Source: a virus
Taxonomy: Duplodnaviria; Caudoviricetes
DNA: 54,068 bases
IMG/VR virus record: IMGVR_UViG_3300044825_001528
Span: 1-54,068 of that record
Direction: 5' to 3' (one strand)
Both the position numbers and the translations under genes were made by a program. Position 1 is the first letter of the stretch. Every line of letters begins with the position of its first letter. The notes under the pieces were generated by a model that was not told the DNA's origin, ran no database searches, and saw only the letters and a program-made list of their open reading frames with translations. Shown piece by piece: positions 47,919 to 54,068 of the stretch.

Positions 47919-49700
47919 ATGAAACAGTTAAAAGAGTTTGAAAACTGGACTGATAGCATAATCAAATCAACTGTATTTGAGAAGAAAGACACACGCGACG
48001 AGCGAGCCATTGAGCGTCAGCGTGATATAGTTTATAAAGCAAAGCAGGCATTTCCTGAGTATCCAGAATCTCAAGCTATTGAATTGTTCCTAGCCGATAA
48101 GCTATCTGACATTGAGCAGCGTGATTTTGAGCAGAACAAAGTCATCAATTTGCAGCGTAGAGAGAATGATAAACTTAAAGGTAATCTACAGGATCTACAA
48201 TCAGAGATTCAGAATATTGAAGCGGGCGGTCAGGAAACTGATCGAGAAATAGCAAGACTCAAACAATTGAGCGGTAAGCTTCAAACTGATGTAGAACAGC
48301 GTAGAGTTGGTGGTCGCGAAGTAAATGAACTATTAGCACAAGTTGAACAACTTAAAAACAAGCCTGGGGTTACTCCAGAACAATATAAAGACATCAAAGA
48401 TAAAGTAGAGGATTTTTCTAAACAAAAAGTCAATCCAGAAGAATTCAAAAAGTTTGAGAATCAACTGAAGACGCTTGCTGCTAGCGAAGCAATAGATAAA
48501 GAACAAATATCCAATTTACAATCAGCGATAGATTCTGTAACCAGAAGACAGGAAAAAATAGGCGATATCAGTGATGTTGCTGGCAAACTTCGTGATTTGG
48601 AGTCTAAACAAAGTGAAATTGAGCAAGTAGCAACTGCCAATAAAGAATTGGTTGGTGATTTAAATCAACGACTAGAAACTCTCGGTGCTGCTGATCGTGC
48701 TGATATTGAGCGTGCATCAGAATTGCTGCGAGATTTACAGGGGACTAAACAAGAGCTTGATGCTAAACAACAAGAACTGTCAGACTTCGAACGCAATCTA
48801 CAGACTCGTGTGGATAAAGAAATTGAACAAGAAAAAGCTACAACCAAGAAAAGAATGCAGGATTATTTTCGTCGTGCTAAAAAACGCAGCGCACAAGCAG
48901 CCACTAAAATCAATGCTCTTGTTGGAAAAGATGCTGGTATAGAAAAAATTCGCGAATTAGGTAGAACTATTACTGATCTTCAAAACAAAGATTTTGAAGA
49001 CATGACAATTTATCCTTCGATAGACGATATATCGTTAGAATTGAGTGGATTGGAAGGATGGCAAGAACTGACAGAGAGAAGAAGAAAGAGAATAGAAGCC
49101 GAAATAAAAAAATTGAAAAGCACTGTTGATTTTCTTCTTAAGAGATTAGTACAGCCGGATCTTCCTAATATTCCTTCTCCTGATCTTACATCGGAATTAG
49201 AACTTTCTCCTGAGCAAAAAAAAGAAAAGGATTATCAAGAATATGTACAACAAGCTAAAGATATAATGAAAAAAAATAACCTTGAACTTGATCTTAAAGA
49301 GGATGCATCTCAGTATGTAAATATAGAACCTGAATATTCAAAGATTATTGAATATTTAAAAGATAAATGGCTCAAATCATCAGATGGTTATCGCGAGACT
49401 GCTTTACTAGCCAATAAATTTCTTGATTTATCTTATCTTGATAGAATTATATATTATTATCTAAAAAAATCCAAAATCGATATTACTTCTATTAATAATG
49501 CCGACTTAGAAAAAGAATTTACTGAAATTTATCTTCCTTTAATCATAAAAAAAACAAATCAAAAAGCAAATCAAAAAGCAAATCAAAAAAAAGATTATTT
49601 GAATCAACCAACTAATCCGATAGACAAAGGATTATCAGAACTGGAAGAATCATTGGACAGAATCATAGGTAAAGATGTAGCAACTTGGATAAAACGATGA
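47919..49700 (+). CDS. Long coiled-coil hypothetical protein
   Basis: AAGGA SD; heptad-rich E/K/Q/L composition; AT-rich C-terminal segment. Confidence 0.75.
   Translation: MKQLKEFENWTDSIIKSTVFEKKDTRDERAIERQRDIVYKAKQAFPEYPESQAIELFLADKLSDIEQRDFEQNKVINLQRRENDKLKGNLQDLQSEIQNIEAGGQETDREIARLKQLSGKLQTDVEQRRVGGREVNELLAQVEQLKNKPGVTPEQYKDIKDKVEDFSKQKVNPEEFKKFENQLKTLAASEAIDKEQISNLQSAIDSVTRRQEKIGDISDVAGKLRDLESKQSEIEQVATANKELVGDLNQRLETLGAADRADIERASELLRDLQGTKQELDAKQQELSDFERNLQTRVDKEIEQEKATTKKRMQDYFRRAKKRSAQAATKINALVGKDAGIEKIRELGRTITDLQNKDFEDMTIYPSIDDISLELSGLEGWQELTERRRKRIEAEIKKLKSTVDFLLKRLVQPDLPNIPSPDLTSELELSPEQKKEKDYQEYVQQAKDIMKKNNLELDLKEDASQYVNIEPEYSKIIEYLKDKWLKSSDGYRETALLANKFLDLSYLDRIIYYYLKKSKIDITSINNADLEKEFTEIYLPLIIKKTNQKANQKANQKKDYLNQPTNPIDKGLSELEESLDRIIGKDVATWIKR
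49555..49589 (+). repeat. 12-bp tandem repeat (CAAATCAAAAAG x about 3) encoding NQKA
   Basis: Directly visible; in frame. Confidence 0.85.
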
Positions 49701-50095
49701 AGATCAAACATATCATAAGAGAAAACACTGTGCTTGATCGTAAGCCAACAGTGAAGCCAGAGGAAATAGAACTCAATGAACCAGGCGGGTTCAATATAGT
49801 AATCCTGAATGATAATGTGACTCCATATCAGGTGGTAGTAGAGGCTATTATGCATGCAGTAGGACTTTCTGAACACGAAGCATTCAGTAGAATGATGCAG
49901 GCACATCAAATAGGATGGGGAGTAATTGCAACCTATGCCAGCAGAGATATTGCTGAAACTGTAGCCAACAAACTAGAGCAGCATGCTCGTGCCAATACTA
50001 ACTGGGATCATTATAGACCAATGATACCTCCACGCGGTTACTACAGACCCTGGCCACTAACAGCAGAAGTTATGGAGGCTGGTGATGCGTCTTGA
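49697..50095 (+). CDS. clpS: ClpS-like N-degron adaptor with MKIKHIIRE leader
   Basis: FNIVILNDNVTPYQVVVEAI...AFSRMMQAHQIGWGVIATYASRDIAET; ATGA overlap at 49697. Confidence 0.85.
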   Translation: MKIKHIIRENTVLDRKPTVKPEEIELNEPGGFNIVILNDNVTPYQVVVEAIMHAVGLSEHEAFSRMMQAHQIGWGVIATYASRDIAETVANKLEQHARANTNWDHYRPMIPPRGYYRPWPLTAEVMEAGDAS

Positions 50096-51992
50096 TGAGT
50101 TTGTGAACAGAAGATTCAGCAATACTCTATTAGAAGCCAAAGGTCATCTAGATCATCCTGAGGATCTGGTCTTTATTGGCGGTCGTGATGGTATGTTGCG
50201 AGCTATTCAGGCTATACAGCAAACAGCACAAACACCCAAGAACATTACCATAAAGTGGGACGGTTATCCAGCACTGATATTTGGTCGTGGGCCTGATGGT
50301 AAGTTCACGATTATGGACAAGCATATGTTCAACAAACAGGACAGTGCTGTTCGCCAATTGCATAGTCCGGAAGAATGGATGAGATATGAAAGTGCTCGCG
50401 GAGACAAGCAACGCACTGGTCTAATGAACATAATCAACAATATTTGGACAGGATTAGAAGCAGCAAGCACCAAGCCTGGATATTATTGGGGAGATCTATT
50501 GTTCAGCAGTCCTCTACAGGAACAAAACGGACTCTATAGATTCAGAGCCAATCCAAATGGTATTACTTATACAGTTGATGTTGATAGTCCAATTGGGCGA
50601 TTATTATCAAACAAAGTAGCTGGAATAGCAGTGCATCAGTATCTAGATCCAAATGCTATGTCTACTGACGAGGCCAAATCATTGGATGGCACAGTAGGGA
50701 ATCTAAAAAATGCAGGCAATGTTGCTATAGTTCCCAGTGCCATGCCGCAAACTCCTAGAGTAGTTATACCACAGGCTATGTTTACGCGAGCACAAGAATT
50801 GGTCAATAGATATGCCGACGATATAGATAAGTTCTTCAACAATGCTCCACAGGCCAAAAGTGCCTTTACTGGATTATTCACTACCTATATCAATAACAAG
50901 ATAGTCAGTGGAGATCTCAAGAACTTGGTCGCAGACTTCTATCGTTGGGTAGATAGTAGACCAATGACCGAGCGTATGCGTGCTAAAATCAACGAGTATC
51001 TAAAGAATAATCGCAGTGCTATCGTTGCCATATTCACAGTATGGGCAGCAATCTACAACTTGAAAAACAGTGTGGTCAAACAGTTGGACAGAGCAAGCAG
51101 AACCAGTCCAGTCAAGGGGTATCTACAAAGTGGCACACAAAGTCAAGAAGGATTCGTAAGTCAGGGATTGAAGTTTGTCAACAGATTAGGATTTGCTCGT
51201 CAGAATCTTGCCGTCAAACAACAGCAGCCACTATCAGAAGCCATTGATAACAAGCAAGTATTGATCATCTATCCAGGAGGATTTCATCCATTTCATCTTG
51301 GACATGCCAGTGTGTTTGATCACTTGGCCAAAAAGTTTCCTGATGGTGAAGTATTCGTAGCAGCAACCGATACTAAAACAGAACGCCCATTTGGATTTGA
51401 TGACAAGAAGTTCTTGGCCAATCAGAGTGGCGTTCCGAATGACAGATTTGTGCAGGTCAAAAGTCCCTATCGTAGTGAAGAGATAACCAAAAACTATGAT
51501 CCAAATAATACGATACTAGTGTTTGCAGTCAGTGAAAAGGATCGTGACAGAATCGGATTCAAGCCAAAAGCAGATGGATCTCCAAGCTACTTTCAGCCAT
51601 ACAAGGATGATGTTAGTGCCCCAATGAAGCAACACGGATACATCTATGTGGTTCCAAAGATTGATTTTGAGATTGGTGGCAAAGTGATTGACAGCGCCAG
51701 CAAGATTAGACAGATGTATCAGAATGCTGATGATAGCAAACGCAAGCAAATCATAGCTGATCTGTATCCACTTGGTCGTGCTCCAAAACGCATCAAGAGC
51801 ATATTGGATTCGGTACTGGGCCATTCCACATCATCAGATGTCAAAGAAGCCGATAATCCAAACTATTTTGGTGCCAGCAGTATGAGTCCTATTCCAGGCA
51901 CTCCACAAAGTCTACAGCCACAACCAACCATCAAAAAGAAAGCTCGTGAACGCGCCGAACAGGCAGCACTGCAACGCTTTATGGGTCACTAA
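50085..51992 (+). CDS. Fusion of a ligase-like KxDG domain (DUF6267-like) and an HxGH cytidylyl/adenylyltransferase-like domain
   Basis: HLDHPEDL, TIKWDGYPA, WGDLLF, QEGFV, LKFVNR; after PLSE-A comes IYPGGFHPFHLGH, KDRDR, SASKIR. Confidence 0.75.
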   Translation: MRLDEFVNRRFSNTLLEAKGHLDHPEDLVFIGGRDGMLRAIQAIQQTAQTPKNITIKWDGYPALIFGRGPDGKFTIMDKHMFNKQDSAVRQLHSPEEWMRYESARGDKQRTGLMNIINNIWTGLEAASTKPGYYWGDLLFSSPLQEQNGLYRFRANPNGITYTVDVDSPIGRLLSNKVAGIAVHQYLDPNAMSTDEAKSLDGTVGNLKNAGNVAIVPSAMPQTPRVVIPQAMFTRAQELVNRYADDIDKFFNNAPQAKSAFTGLFTTYINNKIVSGDLKNLVADFYRWVDSRPMTERMRAKINEYLKNNRSAIVAIFTVWAAIYNLKNSVVKQLDRASRTSPVKGYLQSGTQSQEGFVSQGLKFVNRLGFARQNLAVKQQQPLSEAIDNKQVLIIYPGGFHPFHLGHASVFDHLAKKFPDGEVFVAATDTKTERPFGFDDKKFLANQSGVPNDRFVQVKSPYRSEEITKNYDPNNTILVFAVSEKDRDRIGFKPKADGSPSYFQPYKDDVSAPMKQHGYIYVVPKIDFEIGGKVIDSASKIRQMYQNADDSKRKQIIADLYPLGRAPKRIKSILDSVLGHSTSSDVKEADNPNYFGASSMSPIPGTPQSLQPQPTIKKKARERAEQAALQRFMGH

Positions 51993-52017
51993 AATCCTCA
52001 GTTTTACCAAAATCTGA

Positions 52018-52069
52018 TAAATACTATTGATCTACCGTGCTGGTGATGTATACTAGCACGGTAGATCAA
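52018..52069 (+). promoter_or_regulatory. gp32 control region: TAAATA plus a sigma70-like promoter inside a 15-bp inverted repeat
   Basis: TAAATA 52018-23; TTGATC 52027-32, 16 nt, TATACT 52049-54; arms 52027-41 and 52055-69 are perfectly complementary. Confidence 0.65.
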
Positions 52070-52140
52070 CTGTCTCCGGACAACAAAACTTTACAACTTG
52101 GTTTACAGTACACTTTTTGACACAACTTTAGGAGAACAAC

Positions 52141-53214
52141 ATGTCAACACTAGCAGCACTTCGTGCCAAACTACAGGCACAGGAAAGCCGCACCGCGGCC
52201 AATCAACAAGCAGCACAATCCAACGGTGACAACAGCATCTATGCCTTCTGGAATCTACAGGAAGGTCAGAGCAGCACCGTGCGATTCCTTCCAGATAAAG
52301 ATCCAAACAACAGCTACTTCTGGGTAGAGCGAAACATGATTCGCTTGCCATTCCCTGGCGTCAAAGGTCAGAATGAGAACAAGGAAGTAGTGGTACAGGT
52401 ACCATGCATTGAGATGTTTGGCGAGAACGAAAAGTGCCCAATTCTGGCAGAAGTCAGAACCTGGTACAAGGACAACAGTCTGAAAGAGATTGCTGACAAG
52501 TACTGGAAGAAGCGTACCTACATCTATCAGGGCTTTGTTCGTCAGAATGGTCTTGCTGATGATGTTCCGCCAGAGAACCCTATTCGTCGCTTTATCGTGA
52601 AGCCACCAATCTACAAGTGCATCAAGGGCCCATTGCTTGATCCAGACTTTGACATCATGCCAACTGACTATGATCGTGGTCTAGACTTCAAGCTACAGGC
52701 GACCAAGAACGGCAAATGGATTGACTTCGTGACTAGCAACTGGTCTCGTCGTGAAAGTGCTCTCACAGAAGTTGAGCGTGCTGCCATTGATAACTATGGT
52801 CTGTTTGATCTGAAAGAGTTCTTGCCAAAGCGTCCTAGCGATAGCGAACTACGCATCATGAAGGAGATGTTTGAGGCAAGCGTTGATGGTAAGCTCTATG
52901 ATCCAGATCGCTGGGCCGCATACTTCAAGCCATGGGGTCTGCAAGTAGCAGGCAACAGTGCTCGCGACGAGGTAGATGAAGATGCCCCACGCAGCAAAGT
53001 ATCAGTTCCTGTTCGCAACAATCCAGTGGCAGCACAGGAACAGGAAGAGGACACTGCAATCAACAGTGCTTCCAAGAGCAGCACTCCTCCTTGGGAAGAT
53101 GAACCTGAAGAGCCAGTAGTAGCCAACGAAGTCAAGATTCCTAGCAAGCCTGCCAGTGGCAAGGCACAGGATATCTTGGATCTGATTCGTGCTCGCCAGG
53201 CAAAAGCTAGCTAA
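52141..53214 (+). CDS. gp32: Single-stranded DNA-binding protein
   Basis: VRFLPD, PCIEMFG...CPI, YWKKRTY, PTDYDRGLDF, SNWSRRE, acidic tail; AGGAG SD. Confidence 0.88.
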   Translation: MSTLAALRAKLQAQESRTAANQQAAQSNGDNSIYAFWNLQEGQSSTVRFLPDKDPNNSYFWVERNMIRLPFPGVKGQNENKEVVVQVPCIEMFGENEKCPILAEVRTWYKDNSLKEIADKYWKKRTYIYQGFVRQNGLADDVPPENPIRRFIVKPPIYKCIKGPLLDPDFDIMPTDYDRGLDFKLQATKNGKWIDFVTSNWSRRESALTEVERAAIDNYGLFDLKEFLPKRPSDSELRIMKEMFEASVDGKLYDPDRWAAYFKPWGLQVAGNSARDEVDEDAPRSKVSVPVRNNPVAAQEQEEDTAINSASKSSTPPWEDEPEEPVVANEVKIPSKPASGKAQDILDLIRARQAKAS

Positions 53215-53225
53215 TATCACTAGCA

Positions 53226-53255
53226 CAACAGTCCATGTCTAGACATGGACTGTTG
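53226..53255. repeat. Perfect 30-bp palindrome after gp32
   Basis: CAACAGTCCATGTCT/AGACATGGACTGTTG with no loop. Confidence 0.9.
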
Positions 53256-53276
53256 ACATCACAACAAGGAGGACAT

Positions 53277-53522
53277 ATGACACTACCCGACGAGAGATAC
53301 ACTGCTCTCAAGTATGGCAAGAAGCTACTTGAGGAGTTGTGTGATCCAGGAAAAACGCCGCGTGTTCCAGCAGCGATCAGAGGCAGAGCACGATCAATAC
53401 TGCGACACTATCCCAACGATTACGAGTTTGATCGCTTGGCAGATATGTGTCCAGAACTTCTTGACAAGCAGCGATTCAGCATCTATGATGTTATCAAGAA
53501 GCAAGCACATAGTAAAGAATAG
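53277..53522 (+). CDS. Small phage protein (BPSL0761-like)
   Basis: AGGAGG SD before ATG 53277; MTLPDERY...TPRVPAAIRGRARSILRHYP. Confidence 0.75.
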   Translation: MTLPDERYTALKYGKKLLEELCDPGKTPRVPAAIRGRARSILRHYPNDYEFDRLADMCPELLDKQRFSIYDVIKKQAHSKE

Positions 53523-53530
53523 GAGAGACA

Positions 53531-54068
53531 ATGGCAAGACCGTTTGATGTAAGTAAGTTTCGCAAAACCCTGACAAAGAGTATCGAGGGTTTGAGTATTG
53601 GCTTCAATGATCCAACAGACTGGATCAGCACTGGTAACTACGCACTGAACTATCTGATTAGTGGCGACTTCAAAAAGGGCATTCCGCTAGGCAAGGTCAC
53701 TGTATTTGCAGGTGAAAGTGGAGCAGGCAAGAGCTACATCTGTAGTGGCAACTTGGTTCGTCATGCTCAACAGCAGGGTATTTTCGTTGTCTTGATTGAC
53801 AGCGAGAACGCACTGGATGAAGATTGGCTGCGAGCACTTGGAGTAGACACAGATGAATCCAAGCTGCTCAAGCTCAACATGGCAATGATTGACGATGTGG
53901 CAAAGGCTATCTCAACATTCGTCAATGACTACCGACTACTACCAGAGGAGGATCGTCCAAAGGTTCTGTTCGTGGTTGATAGCTTGGGCATGCTACTAAC
54001 TCCAACCGATGTCAATCAGTTTGAATCGGGTGACATGAAGGGCGACATGGGTAGAAAGCCAAAGGCAT
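53531..54068 (+). CDS. uvsX: RecA/UvsX recombinase (partial, runs off the right edge)
   Basis: MARPFDVSKFRK...STGNYALNYLISG...GESGAGKS (Walker A), DSENALD, VVDSLG (Walker B); AGGAG SD; absent from the ORF track. Confidence 0.93.
   Translation, partial: MARPFDVSKFRKTLTKSIEGLSIGFNDPTDWISTGNYALNYLISGDFKKGIPLGKVTVFAGESGAGKSYICSGNLVRHAQQQGIFVVLIDSENALDEDWLRALGVDTDESKLLKLNMAMIDDVAKAISTFVNDYRLLPEEDRPKVLFVVDSLGMLLTPTDVNQFESGDMKGDMGRKPKA

Noticed and set aside
53235-53276. Longer starts in the ORF track (53235; likewise 43709, 49685, 34356, 22783)
   Set aside because: Downstream ATGs have an SD, an ATGA overlap or an adjacent promoter and give better N-termini.
1-54068. Stop-codon reassignment or a diversity-generating retroelement
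   Set aside because: Core genes are intact in the standard code with TAA, TGA and TAG all used as stops; no reverse transcriptase or adenine-variant repeat pair seen.

Overview
This 54-kb window is the core structural, late-transcription and recombination region of a large T4-superfamily myovirus; gene order and motifs suggest a distant, jumbo-type T4 relative. The left arm (minus strand) holds a baseplate operon: a >2395-aa giant protein missing from the ORF track because it runs off the window, gp6, gp25, a gp5-like spike, a hub protein, gp53 and a repeat-bearing tube-initiator-like protein. Next come the gp55 late sigma factor, gp47/gp46, a resolvase-like nuclease, a ~790-bp non-coding hairpin-dense locus, a gp26-like chaperone pair with a -1 frameshift site and a tape-measure-like protein. 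Portal, prohead protease, scaffold, major capsid, an HNH cassette, a tail fibre, terminase, accessory late genes, gp32 and uvsX complete the window. The best leads are: (1) a multi-branched ~360-nt structured RNA candidate next to an array of abutting hairpins (possible origin); (2) an apparent capsid-cargo system of unrelated enzymes sharing an M(K/R)xxE(I/L/F)xxE leader, several joined as polyproteins at (I/L/V)-x-E protease-type sites, including a GH19 hydrolase with a masked twin-arginine signal, a ClpS and a ligase-like/HxGH nucleotidyltransferase fusion; (3) a tail-chaperone-type programmed frameshift; (4) TAAATA late promoters predicting leaderless mRNAs. All family assignments come from motifs read by eye; no database search was run.
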